A DNA stretch of 64,000 bases from Eledone cirrhosa (Eukaryota): the NCBI GenBank assembly GCA_964016885.1, contig OZ024743.1:342426001-342490000 (forward strand), written 5' to 3'. The notes under the pieces were generated by a model. That model ran no database searches and was not told where the DNA came from. It saw only the letters and a list, made by a program, of their open reading frames with translations. The number at the start of each line of letters is the position of its first letter. The first letter of the stretch is position 1. Below are positions 26,390 through 39,211 of the stretch, in pieces. A program made the translations under genes and the position numbers.

Positions 26390-28457
26390 ATATTCTTCTA
26401 GTTTTATAATTTCACAAATGTTTGCCAATAGAGAGAGAGTCGGTTTCTAACATAGTTGCAAGACTCTCTCATTGGAATTAAAACAACATCAACTATGTAG
26501 ATATGTATGCATGTCTGCATGCATGCATGTGTAGGTATGGATGTTATTGTATGTGTGAATGTGTATGTTTTGAGTTGTATGTGTGCATGTGCATACGCTT
26601 TCTATCTGTACATGTGTATATGCAGTTATTATATGCAACATTTTTGGAATGTTTTACATATTTTTACTGTTCTTTTAATGGATTGTACTTGTAATTTCCT
26701 AACTAGTTGTGTTCTTTCTGTTCCTGTGAAGCCCAGCTTCTCAAGATTTGTATTGAGGCAGTTACTAACATATCCCAGTGTCCCAGTAATCACAGGCATA
26801 AATCTGATGGTATAATCAGGCTGGAGCATCTGCAGATTTCTCACTCATTAGTTCTGCATAAATATTCTCTTTTCCGCTAATCTTTGATATTATATTGGCA
26901 TCTGCTGGGCAGCTAACTTCCACTACTGTGCATGCTTTCTTTCCCCTGTCCCATATCATTATATCTGGTCTGTTATGCCTGCATTTTATTGGGGTTTTTA
27001 CTGGAACATTTCACCAGTACTCTTTCATATTATGTATATGTATGTCTTTCACATTGCTGTAGATTTTAATGTGTTTATCATCGGGGCTATCTTTTCTACT
27101 GATTTCATTGTACAGTGTTTTGGCCACTACATCATGCCTCATAGGTAGATAGTAACGCGATGACATATTTGGACAGCTGCTTATTACATGGGCGACATCT
27201 TCGATGTTAATTTTTCAGAGTCTGCACTTGTTGTCACATCTAGTGTTTTGCCTGCATCCCTATCTCTTTTGTGAATCAGGTATTTCGTGTTGATTTCCTG
27301 TTCTTGGATTGCAAAAGCGTATCCTTCAAAGTGGGAGCCAATATAGCGGGTGTTGGTCCAAGATAGACTACTTTCTTTATCTATATTATTCTCTCACTCT
27401 GGAGCTTCCTGGCAACATATCCATGCATGACCTTTTGCTGATAAGCATGCAGTTTTTCATCCATGGATTCACTGCGGTACTACTGAACGACTTCCATGGG
27501 TGTGAGTTTTTGATTATCACACAGGGAATATCTTTCAAGGAGTTCCTTCCCAACTCTCATGATCTCATCTGTTTCATGCAGATAGACTTGCTCGAGAGAT
27601 GGGCTCCTATGCTTCGAGATTCGTAGATGTTGTTGGAAGGATATGATGCGACATTCAAATGCTGTCTGGACTGGTGTTAGGCCTCTGCTTACGTATCAAG
27701 TAAAGGCGGTCTATGTCACTGTTGATGTGGAAGTTTCCGGTATTGTTTAGTATTTTTCGAGTTCTAACATCAATTGCTCGGATTTCGTCTATTGTCCAGT
27801 TGAGTATTCCAAACGTTGGTGTTAGGACAGGCACAGCAAACACATTGTGAGCCACTGTTTTGTTTTACGCAGAGAGTTCCGATGACCATATTTTTCTTAA
27901 TCGGGTGTAATATTCCCTGGTTGCGCAGTCCTTATTACAGATACCCTTATAGGATGTGTTCTCATCTATCCCCAGGTATCTGTAGCAGTCCTCATCAGAT
28001 ATCGGTGAAACAGTTAGGCCATTGATGACTATGTTGCTAGATTGGGTTGTTGTTTTTCGCGCTTTACAGTCATATATGAGCATTTATCTTGGCCAAACTC
28101 CATTCCTATATCCTTTGAGAATGTTGTAACCAGGTTAAGATTTTTCTTCATCCCATCTATGTTCTTGGCATAGAGTTTCAGATCATCCACAAAGAAATTA
28201 TAAGTTAGGTTCGTATTTCTGTCCTCCTGTGAGCCAATGATGTATCCTTCACATTTCTTGAGCAGAAAGGACAAGGATAAATAATATCACAGAGAGACTG
28301 TCTCCTTAAAATATACCCCTGTTATATTTTATTTTATCAGTGAAAAGAGAGTCCTCCTTCTCTGCCTTTAACTTTAGGATAGTAGCCCAAGAAGAAGACA
28401 GCTTCTCTATGTCTCTGATAATAATGTCAGGGACTTTAGCAAGTCGGAGGGCCTCTA
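26390..28457 (-). mobile_element. 5'-truncated decayed R4/Dong-type LINE
   Basis: FVDDLKLY, DIGMEFGQDKC, YRYLG, DIDRLY, RPD, MPVITGTLG; 5' end abuts (TATG)n. Confidence 0.88.
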
Positions 28458-28891
28458 TGTATGCATGTATCTATGTATGTATGTATGGAAAAAGTAAAGA
28501 ACATTTATTTTCGAGAATTTTATCCTCAAAACATGACTGTGCGTCTGCCTGATTATTTTTCTTTTGTTCTTATGCTTAGTTTGGAACAGTAGCATTCCTA
28601 AATCTATTAACGTTTGGAAGATTTATGGCCCCTTCTTCAGAATTAGAATGGTCATGGTAGTGGTATATAGGTCATATTCTCTAACACGTATCGCTATGTG
28701 CCGCATATTATAGGTGCAATGACTCGAAAGCAAGGAATTTCGGGTTTATGTACTATGCACATATTTCTAGTTTCAGGATTTCTAAATCGGATGTATTTCT
28801 TTTTCGGGCTATTTCGACTATTTATATTTTTTTATAAGCAGTGATATTATCTAATTCACCTTCCTATTCTCTATTACGGCATTACACACAG

Positions 28892-29029
<138 letters not shown>

Positions 29030-29462
29030 AGGATAGCTGTTCTTTTAAATATATTGCATAGAACATGGAATTGTGCTCTAGATTTACTGTCTAAATATGT
29101 TTATTTCAGAAACAATAAAAGAGAGGAAAGAGAGGATATTTGACAGAGAAAAGATAAGGAAAGACAGATTGGAACATAGAAAAGGGGTAGTTAGAGAGAA
29201 TAAAAGGGCGTACTGTTATTTATCTTAGAAAATTAAATCAGTGTATGAAGCTAGTTGATTGTTATTGGTTATGTGTATATATAGGTTTGTGCGTGCCCGG
29301 CTACATAAGTAATCTGGTCTATTGTCAGCACGTACCATTGACAGCTGCGCGTTGATGCAGGGCGGGTGTGTTAGGCGTACAACTGTGTGTTGTGTATGTG
29401 TGTGCATACACACAAACACACAGTTGTACGTCTAACACATGGAAGTACATTGAACACCAAGT

Positions 29463-29517
<55 letters not shown>

Positions 29518-30145
29518 CGATTGGTCGACAGACAAGACAAAAAGTGACCTAAATCTTAAAAAGAATTAAGATCATGCAAACTCCTTTATCTCTCCCAGAC
29601 TGCGCTCTTGTGATTTATGAGAAATTATCGCCCAAAACTAAAATCAGATAGGTATGTGTGTTTGCATCATTAGTTTATTCTATAGCAATCGATTTATTTA
29701 AGAGTTGACTGAATCAATAGCCAGAGAAAATGGGCAGAAAATGTTCAAATATCTTTTAAATCGTCTAAAACGGAAGCACATGACAAAGGAATCGAAATTT
29801 GTCTACTGCAGTATTCATCTGTTAAGCATAATTGGAAACTTTATCGCATAATATTCCAGGATTTAAAATTTTACCGTTGTTCTTTCTTTTTCTTCTTCTT
29901 TTTGTTTCTTCGTTTTACTTCTTTTTTTCTTTTATTTTTTTTAGATGTCGTTTTCAAACGCCAAACTTTAATATTTACTTATGTATTTATAATTGCTTCT
30001 ACTTTTGGCACAAGGCCAGTGCATTGTATTTATAATGTTATTTTATTCGGTTAAATATACAGAAAAAGAAAGCAGCATCGGAATGCCATAAATGAGAGGA
30101 AAAGGAGAGAAAAGTGAGGAGTACTAGACAAAAGAAGACTCTACG

Positions 30146-30181
<36 letters not shown>

Positions 30182-30427
30182 CATATACAAATAAAGATTC
30201 AGAGTGAATCGCATTTTCGGCGGGCAGGAAAAGTGAAGCGAAACGCAAAAATCAGAAATGATACTGGCAAAGTGCTCAATAGTTAAAAACCAGAGTTAAA
30301 CAATGTGTTAAGAAGCCATACACAAATGAAAAGCTGGTCAAGAAGGCATTAACCACCCAAGCCAAAAACCAAATCAAGCTAAACAGGTCAAAACAAAATA
30401 AATGATAAAAAATAAATGACAACCAGA

Positions 30428-30455
<28 letters not shown>

Positions 30456-30460
<5 letters not shown>

Positions 30461-31547
30461 AACAAGTATGACCCGGACGGCAGAGCTCAAGCCGTTTTGA
30501 CGGCTATATCTGGACTAAATAAGAATGTTTATCCTGGTAAATAAATAGCCGAACTTCTTATGGGGTATTTCTTTATATGGGAAGATAGTAATTGTCAAAA
30601 GGATTGGTCAAAAATTTGTTGTAAAGACAGATGCATCTATCATGGCATTTGGTGGGAGGTAGGGGTGGCTGAACTTGCCGGTAGAACAAAGAGGGAGTGG
30701 GAGAAACCCAGTCAAGCGTTGAAAGTGAAATCTATACAGCAGATTCTAAGGATAGTGCATTTGTATTAATATTTTGTATTAGTATTTTTGTAGTAGTATT
30801 TTAATATTTTTGTTCTCAACTTATTAACCTGTCATTGTAAGATAGTATTGGCTGATTACTAACTATCTATAGCAGCGGTGTTAGAACCCCTGTAAAGCCG
30901 GGTTTATAAAATTCTTTCACTACAATCTTGTATTTAGTATTTTTCCTTTCTCCACCTATTAAACTTTTCTATAGCTTAGCAATACCAATGAGAAATTTGG
31001 TGTTTTGGGAAATGGAGTAGTAGCCAAATATTGTTTTTTATATATTTATTTATTTATTTTTATAATGTTTTTTTTTACTCTCTTTCGATTTAACGATTCT
31101 TTCACCCCCACCCCACCCCCACCCCCACCACCCGCTCTTCTCCAGTACACTTTCTTCGACCTTTTATACACTATCCTTAGAATCTGTTGTATAGATTTCA
31201 CTTTCAACGCTTGACTGGGTTTCCCCCACTCCCTCTTTGTTCTACCGACAAGTTCAGCCACCCCTACCTCCCACCAAATGCCATGATAGATTTATCTGTC
31301 TTTACAATAAATTTTTGACCAATCCTTTTGACAATTACTATCTTCCCATATAAGGAAATACCCCCTAAGAAGTTCGGCTATTTATTTACCAGGCTAAAAA
31401 TTCTTATTTAGTCCAGATATAGCCGTCGAAACGGCTTGAGCTCTGCCGTCGGGGTCATACTTGTTCCTATTACCCACTCTTCTACCCTAAGTATTGAGTA
31501 CTTTGGTGCGTTATGGTCCATCTGATTCCTTACCACAATTCCTTCGT

Positions 31548-31548
<1 letters not shown>
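30456..31548. mobile_element. Large fold-back element, ~300-bp arms (30456-30757 / 31169-31470), with HHR-like motifs
   Basis: Arms are reverse complements; tail contains tattgagtac as in other pLTRs here; (TA)n flanks. Confidence 0.85.
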
Positions 31549-31613
<65 letters not shown>

Positions 31614-32250
31614 AGTGAATTAAGTTGTGCATCAATGACACCTTTTTCACCAGTATTTGAATGTCACGTAAGGCCATGTTCACAGTCTCCATTCGATTAT
31701 ATATATCTATATATTAATTTCAACAATGTCATTATTCTGTGTGCCATAATTCTCGATTATCATTGGTTCATAGGTTTCAAACGACTCCGCCCACCTCGAC
31801 GACGCCAAACTTAAATTAATCTGCATATTGCCAATGAGGGGGTGAGAGGGAAGGGAGAGGCAAAGTGAACACTATGTATATGTGTCAGTGTAGAGACATG
31901 TGTGTGTGTGATGTGTGTGGAAATAAGAGGGGAAGGAAAGCAATAACTATTAACATGTGTGCGTGTGTATGTACGTTCGCGTATGTTTATGTGTGTGTGT
32001 GTGCGTGCAGTGTTCCACAGAAAGTAAAAACTATCAACATGTGTGTGTGTGTGCGTGTGTGTAAGTTTCGTGCGTATGAGCGTTTCCATGCGTGTATGTG
32101 TGTGTACGTGCGGCATCCCACAATCGCCACGTAGTTTAACTGTCTGTGTGTCTGTCTGTCAGTCTAACATACACAGAGTTGTGAAGGGAGTAAATAGGGA
32201 CCTTTTTTTACATTGACGGACATCTTTTATATTAATTATCTATATCCATA

Positions 32251-32596
32251 TCTACATATAATATAAAAGATTGGAACTTCCATCATCCTTTTGAGAAAGG
32301 TGGAACAACCACGTCTCTGCAATGATACACGTTTTACAGTCAGGCAGAAGGTGAACCATCTCCTAGAGGTCACTATTCTAGGTAGCAGCACCTAGAATTG
32401 TTCATATATTATGCACAAACGGTACAACGAAGAATCTGGTATATCTGGAAGATTCTTTTTACCGTTTTTTGTATCACACAGACACCACGGACTCGCCTCA
32501 TACTGTAACCGGACAAACATCCAATACAGTCATTTTCTCTTTTACCTGTCCTCTCTTATCATCTGTTTACTCGGGCGAAGCTGGGTACGTCAGTTA

Positions 32597-32597
<1 letters not shown>
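32251..32597 (+). mobile_element. Non-autonomous Helitron-like element
   Basis: A|TCTACATATAATATAAAAG start; subterminal hairpin cgggcgaagctgggta; ends TTAG|T. Confidence 0.65.
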
Positions 32598-32672
<75 letters not shown>

Positions 32673-32674
<2 letters not shown>

Positions 32675-32983
32675 CGTTTTTGAATTTGTTTTGCAAGATT
32701 CCTTATCTTACAAGGTGTGTTGAAACAGATATTGTTATACTTGGGAGGGGAGGATAATGCTGCCAATAAAACCACACGAAAACAAGGTGGTGTAGGACAG
32801 AACAGAGGAGCGACACAAAACAAAAAAAAACCTAGTCGCTGAGGACGTCACAGAATGTGTGACGAAAGAGTTTTGACAATGCATAAACAACCATCCGATT
32901 ATCGAACCAACCAGCAAACCTGGAATTTAGAATACTAACAGGTGTGTTTGTTTTTATTGGCAGCATAACCCTCCCGAACAATA
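32673..32983 (+). mobile_element. Solo pLTR of the Naiad-like PLE with inverted 5' segment and decayed HHR (32835-32877)
   Basis: Homologous to 55817-56100; GTCG-CTGAGGA-C-GTCAC/GTGAC-GAAA..TGAC; (TA)n flanks. Confidence 0.75.
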
Positions 32984-33394
32984 TATATACATATATATAT
33001 GTGTGTTAGTGTGTGTGTGTGTGTGTGTGTGTACGTATGTATGTATTTGTGTATATATGTATTAAATTGTGCATCAATTACAGCCTTTTCACCAGCATCG
33101 GTAAGCCTCGCAAGGCCATGGTACAGTTTCCATTCGACTGTATTTCACTGACCGTATTGAAGTAAATCAAGTGCTTGGTGGATGAACGCTGAAATACGAA
33201 ATAACAACGCTTAATGTTGTACTTTGTATGATATTCCTGAAAAGAAGAGTAGGTGGTCATGTAGGTGGTCATGGAAATATTTGATCATATGTCTATTTCA
33301 TCTGGGATGACCTGGGGCTAAACAGTAAAATATTTTATTCTTATATGAGATTATTCAATTTTATTCTTTATTACAATTCCACATTATTTTTCTG

Positions 33395-33487
33395 ACTTTG
33401 CCTTTCATCCTTACGGGTCGATAAAATAAAGTACCAGTAATGCACTGGGTAATTGCTGGCCTTATGCCTAAAGTAGAAACAATTATT
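33395..33487 (+). mobile_element. SINE 3' half
   Basis: ctttgcctttcatccttacgggtcgataaaataaagtaccag. Confidence 0.85.
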
Positions 33488-34762
33488 TTTCATAGGAAAG
33501 TGCTAACACATTCGAATCATCCAAACTTATTAATTTGATTCTGCAGAGAAATCTGTATAATACATTTGATGCCTAGTAAATAATAGATGAATCAAGAATA
33601 ATCATAGTCATGAAATGAGTGAAAAGTATTGAAAGTAAAGGAAATGGCTAATTTTACAAATAATATTATAATGAAATTCATATTTTTTCACATCCTTTAC
33701 AGACGAATATTCAATGAGTTGAAATCAAGTCGGCCAGACTGATTATACTTAAGATTTAAAGGCTAAAGGTTTAAAACCAACATCAAATAGAAATATGAAG
33801 AAAATCCATTATATCTAAGTTCAAAAGATGACTAGAGAATTATGAGGTTAATATCATTGATTGTAACTGCTCCACGGCGAGAATGAGTGTTCGTGTTATC
33901 CGTTGAATATGAGAATATACCGAAACTACTCATATATATTGGCACGTAAATGTCATCATGAATTAAAAAATATTAAAAAGAAGAGAGATTTGCCGTGTAC
34001 AACCGCAATTGTGGCCAAACTTAGACATTGAAACCTAAGGAATCGCAATATATGTTACGTGTAAGAATATTAATAAATACTATACGCCTACACACGCCTA
34101 CACACACTTACACATATGTCTACACTTACACACACACACACACACACACACATACACACATATATATCGACAGTCGATCGACTTTCGTCAAATCGGACCG
34201 AGGAAACAATGTTTCCGTTGGTCTTTCCAAGGGCTAATACTTTCTATCGGTCGCAACTCCATGTACAAAGAGCAATGTTAAATAAAGTGTCTTTTTCAAG
34301 GACATAATACATCGCCCGGTCCAGGAATCTCTTACTCACCACCTCTGCTAGTCACCATCTCTGTGCTAGCCTGCCACTATAACTATCTCTTTCTCGCTTC
34401 CTCTTACTTTCACTCACTCCCTCTCTACTAGTCACCCTCTCTCCACTAGCTCACTTCCTCCCTCGTCCGCCACTGCAAGCAGTCTCTTTTCTCGGTCACA
34501 CTGCTACTGTCAAGATGAGCCTGTGTTCTCTCACGTCACACTTGCCAGGAGTTATGTCCGAAAATAGTTTGTTGACTTGATAATTTTCCTTGCTTTACTT
34601 TTCGTGTTTGTTCACGTATTTTTCTCTCTCTCCCCCTTTTTATCCCAATAACTTATTTTAGTTCTTGATAGCACTAGGTTGGGATATATTGTCTCTAACG
34701 CGAAGAAATATCGATGTTCCTAGCAGACAACTGATGATGGATAATACCCTCTTTCGCCTTTA

Positions 34763-34811
<49 letters not shown>

Positions 34812-34814
34812 CAG

Positions 34815-35267
34815 GTAGAGACCTGAAAATCCGCCTCTTCATTGCTGTAGTGGAGTCTGTGCTGCTGTATGGGTCTGAGACTTGGACACTGACCAAGAGA
34901 CTCACTCAGATGGTGGATGGGTGCTACACGAGAATGCTGAGGATGGCTCTGAACATTAATCAGTATACACTGAGGATGAAAAACTCAGAGCTGTATGGGA
35001 GCATCCCAAAAGTCAGCTCAAAAGTGACACAGAGGAGACTGAGGTTGGCTGGACATGCTCACCGACATCCAGAGTTGACATTGCACTCAGTGCTCCTTTA
35101 GGAGCCCCTACATGGAGACACTAGAAGAGGAAGACCAAGGTTAACATATGTTGATGCCCTAAGGACAGACACTGGTCTGTTGGAGATGCAGGATATGGCA
35201 GCGATAATGAGGGACAGAGACCGCTGGAGAGAACTCGTCCATGGATCTCGGGAATTTTACCCGCCTT

Positions 35268-35268
<1 letters not shown>
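34815..35268 (+). mobile_element. 5'-truncated RTE-clade LINE
   Basis: ESVLLYGSETWTLT..MLR..RRLRLAGH..RRGRP; (TA)n both sides. Confidence 0.88.
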
Positions 35269-35361
<93 letters not shown>

Positions 35362-35441
35362 TGTGCGTGTGTGTGTGTGTGTGTGTGTGTACAAATATAT
35401 ACATATATGCATATATATACTTACATATATATATATATAAA

Positions 35442-35690
35442 AGTTCAAGATATTTTATCACTGGCAATTGTTTCTTCCTATAAGAATATACCACCGACAG
35501 CAAATTATTTTATTAAACAATTTGCTATTAGTTAGCATAAACTATAGGACTATCAGAGTTTAATTAAAATACAAAACGATTAATAACATGATGACTACTA
35601 TAGTTTATGCTAACTTAAATAAAATAATTTGCTAACGGTTGTATAATCCTGTGGGAAGAAATAATTGTCAGTCATTAAATGTCTAGAACT
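35442..35690. repeat. Degenerate fold-back beside (TA)n
   Basis: caattgtttcttcc..gcaaattattt..gttagcataaactatag mirrored by ctatagtttatgctaac..aaataatttgc..ggaagaaataattg. Confidence 0.7.
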
Positions 35691-35747
35691 CATAATTTTG
35701 TTTTATAAGCACGTTGTAACTATATATTTATATTGCAAACGAATCAA

Positions 35748-36204
35748 ATATTATTATTAATATTCGGAAAACTCGGATTATATTTATTGTATTCAGCCAT
35801 GTAAAGTGATCAACTATTTGTTAGTTATTTCAATATGACAAAGCCGGCCATTAATCGCTCGTATACAGAAAACTGGCTGCCTATCTGCTGATATGCAAAT
35901 CTGGCTGATGAGTGGGTTTGCTAATATGCAGAACTGACAGATCAGGCAGTCTGCTAATATGCAAATCAAGCTAATCAGTCACTGTATATTCCAGAAAATA
36001 TCATATATTTTCACTAGCTCTGACAGTTGGCAGATAAAACGTATACTGTACTGATGAACGGTAACCACCTAGAAACATTAGTGTCTACAGTTCTGTTTAC
36101 ATACTAACACAAGAGCAAAAATGACGAGGTCATTCTACTAATATTTTTAAAGAGGTTGTTTGCATATTATTGTTAATATTCGAAAAACTCAAATTATATT
36201 TATT
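35748..36204 (+). mobile_element. Retrozyme-like module: 41-bp direct repeats, 416-bp period
   Basis: 35748-35788 similar to 36164-36204; internal ~33-bp repeats and a canonical HHR; ends in (TA)n. Confidence 0.65.
36045..36091 (+). ncRNA. Type I hammerhead ribozyme
   Basis: ACTGTA-CTGATGA-acGGTaaccACCta-GAAA-CAttagTG-TC-TACAGT. Confidence 0.85.
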
Positions 36205-36319
36205 ATATATATATATATGTGTGTGTGAGTGTGTGTGTGTGTGTCTACTCTTTCACCTGTTCCGGTCATCCGGTTGAGGCCATGCTGGGGCACCTCCCTA
36301 GCTGCTATACATTTTATCT

Positions 36320-37096
36320 CCAGCCTGTGCTGGATGGCCATTGGTGTAAGAGGGAGTTCGTTGCTGCTGCCCTTAGGTTACCTTCGTACCGTGCTGTGGG
36401 CTCATCTGGGATCACCACGTCCATACCATGCAGGTCTCTCAAATTTCTTGGCAGTTGTTGAAGAGTTGAGGGCCTTTGAAGCCTAGGCTATTGCCAAAGT
36501 TTGGTACTAGTTCCTCCAGTATTTTCCATATGTATATCACTGCGCATCTCTCCCGTCTTTGTTTCAAGGAGTAGAGTTTCAGTTCTTTTTGCCTCTCCAA
36601 GTAGCTCATTTCCTTCATCGTGGCAATCCTCTTGGTGCAGTATCGTTGGATTACCTCGAGCTCCGTGGTTAGTTTGATACTATGGGATGACCACAGCTGG
36701 GAGCAGTAGTCCAGGCGCCTTAGGACTAATGTCCTCCATAGTATCAACATGGTCACTCTGTCTCTTGTGCGGAAAATCTTCAAGATCCAGCCAGCGTGGC
36801 GCCTGCACATTGTCTCCACCCTTAAGATGTGTGAAGAAAAATATGCATCATCGCTCATGTCTATCCCAGGTCTGGTATCGATTTAGACACGGGGATTTCG
36901 ATACCTCCTGGTCCGGTGTAGCTGTGTGGTTTTGTCTTTGTATTTGCAGGTTGGTATTGTAGGGCTTGAAATGTTCCAGCATTAACCTGCATGGTGTCCT
37001 TAGCCCATTTGTATAAGGCATCCAGATCTTGTTGTAAAAGGGCAGCATCAGCCGGACCTTTGATTGCCTGTACTACTTTTCTGTCATCAGCATATA
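36320..37096 (-). mobile_element. 5'-truncated CR1/L2-group LINE
   Basis: YADD..LQQDL..W, DLG, LDYCSQLWS, LEVIQR, SYLER..L.LYSL..RRER. Confidence 0.82.
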
Positions 37097-37151
37097 CATA
37101 ATATATATATGTGTGTGTGTGTATGAAGGGGTAATACATATATATGTATGT

Positions 37152-37286
<135 letters not shown>

Positions 37287-37329
37287 TATATATAGATATA
37301 TATATAGATATATTGATATATCCACGTCC

Positions 37330-37380
37330 AGATTCCTGATGATTTCTAAAGAATGAAACAGTTCTAGTCCTGTAGAATAT
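37330..37380 (+). ncRNA. Type I hammerhead in a pLTR fragment (37321-37467)
   Basis: AGATTC-CTGATGA-TTTC taaa GAAT-GAAA-CAG ttctagtc CTG-TA-GAATAT. Confidence 0.78.
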
Positions 37381-37465
37381 CATCTATATTAAAACTTTTA
37401 TACTCTGCTATGTATTGAGTACCTTACTTACGGTGGTTATCTACGATTCAACCCGGAATAACTTA

Positions 37466-37521
<56 letters not shown>

Positions 37522-37526
37522 TATAT

Positions 37527-37878
37527 CTAAGGCGGGTAAAATTCCCGAGATCCATGGACGAGTTCTCTCCAGCGGTCTCTGTCCCTCATTATCGCTGCCA
37601 TATCCTGCATCTCCAACAGACCAGTGTCTGTCCTTAGGGCATCAACATATGTTAACCTTGGTCTTCCTCTTCTAGTGTGTCCATGTAGGGGCTCCCAAGA
37701 GACTCACTCAGATGGTGGATGGGTGCTACACGAGAATGCTGAGGATGGTTCTGAACATTAATCAGTATACACTGAGGGTGAAAAACTCAGAGCTGTATGG
37801 GAGCATCCCAAAAGTCAGCTCAAAAGTGACACAGAGGAGACTGAGGTTGGCTGGACATGCTCACCGACATCCAGAGTT

Positions 37879-37881
<3 letters not shown>
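37527..37881 (-). mobile_element. RTE copy with 5' inversion
   Basis: 37527-37695 is the reverse complement of 35101-35268; 37696-37881 is co-directional with 34893-35080. Confidence 0.9.
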
Positions 37882-37916
<35 letters not shown>

Positions 37917-37917
<1 letters not shown>

Positions 37918-38100
37918 GTAGGTCCCGGGTTGAGTCGGGGATAACCACAGTAAGTAAGGTACTCAATACATGGCAGAGTAACATTTTTTTTATTTTATAG
38001 AAGGAGCTTCTACAGGACTAGTACTGTTTCATTCAGATGAAATCTTCATGAAGATTTCATCTGAATGAAACAGTACTAGTCCTGTAGAAGCTCCTTCTAT
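37917..38100. mobile_element. pLTR fragment ending in a perfect 104-bp palindrome (37997-38100) centred at an HHR core
   Basis: No spacer; centre cttcatgaag; each arm has GAAA-CAG tactagtc CTG-TA-GAAG. Confidence 0.88.
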
Positions 38101-38449
38101 ATATATATATACATATATATATGTGGGGGGGGGGGGGCGTTGGCGATCACCTGTGTGTGAGCCTCTGTGTATGTGTATGTCTGTCTGTGAGTATATCTGT
38201 GTGTATAATTAATCCAGGAAAGAATATGGTAACATGAATGTGTATCAATTCATTGTTTTACGATAGTAAAACTATAGATTGATGCACATTTTTGTTATCT
38301 CATTCTTTCATTGTTTATCAGGTATTCACAACTCTGCATCGACTAAGCAGATTATATAATATATAGTTATCTTATTTCTATATGTTCATATATTGGAATA
38401 TGGAGAAGTAGAAACTTGTCTTCATATTTATTAAGATATATATTATATA

Positions 38450-38533
<84 letters not shown>

Positions 38534-38561
38534 ATCAAAAGATGGTTAAATGAGTTCCATG

Positions 38562-38632
38562 TATTTTATTATGCGCATTTCAAAAACAAATATCATCATG
38601 CAATAACATTTGTGTTTTCATCAGATAAAATA
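38562..38632 (-). ncRNA. Type I hammerhead ribozyme
   Basis: TATTTTAT-CTGATGA-long stem II-GAAA-TGCGCA-TA-ATAAAATA, inside a ~160-bp island between (TA)n tracts. Confidence 0.88.
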
Positions 38633-38685
38633 GGAGGACATGATATGAAGGTTAAAAACACTTGTGGATAGTGCAGTTTTAAATC

Positions 38686-38720
<35 letters not shown>

Positions 38721-38724
<4 letters not shown>

Positions 38725-38931
38725 AAAGATAACAAGGACGATTGGTTACTCCTTCATTAAATTTATTGGTTGGTGACGCGCGTTTCGCCACTGATCGGAT
38801 CAAGGTTATGTGTGTATCGATCTTACCCGACTCTGTAATCTGTTAGTCGGGTAAGATCTGGTGACGAAACGCGCGTCACCGACCAATAAATGCAATGAAG
38901 GAGTAACCAATCGTCCTTGTTATCTTTTCAC
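38721..38931. repeat. Fold-back element carrying an HHR 3' half
   Basis: ~70-bp arms; GAAA-CGCGCG-TC at 38866 then AATAAA; internal hairpin tcttacccgact/agtcgggtaaga. Confidence 0.82.
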
Positions 38932-39042
38932 AGTTCTAATGCATTTTAAAAGTAAAATTGAGATGGAGGGTATGTGTAGGTGTATATTTATGTATATATA
39001 TATATATTTATTATTTGTACATATCAAAGTTTATGTGTGTGT

Positions 39043-39043
39043 A

Positions 39044-39114
<71 letters not shown>

Positions 39115-39119
39115 ACAGC

Positions 39120-39176
<57 letters not shown>

Positions 39177-39211
39177 GGTGGTGGTGGTGGTGGTGATGGT
39201 GGCGGTGGTGG
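39043..39211. repeat. (TAG)n-(TGG)n compound microsatellite
   Basis: Directly visible; source of poly-S/V/L/T ORFs. Confidence 0.95.

Noticed and set aside
34726-34760. CTGATGA possible hammerhead
   Set aside because: No downstream GAAA, stem III or stem I partner before (TA)n; at best a truncated remnant.
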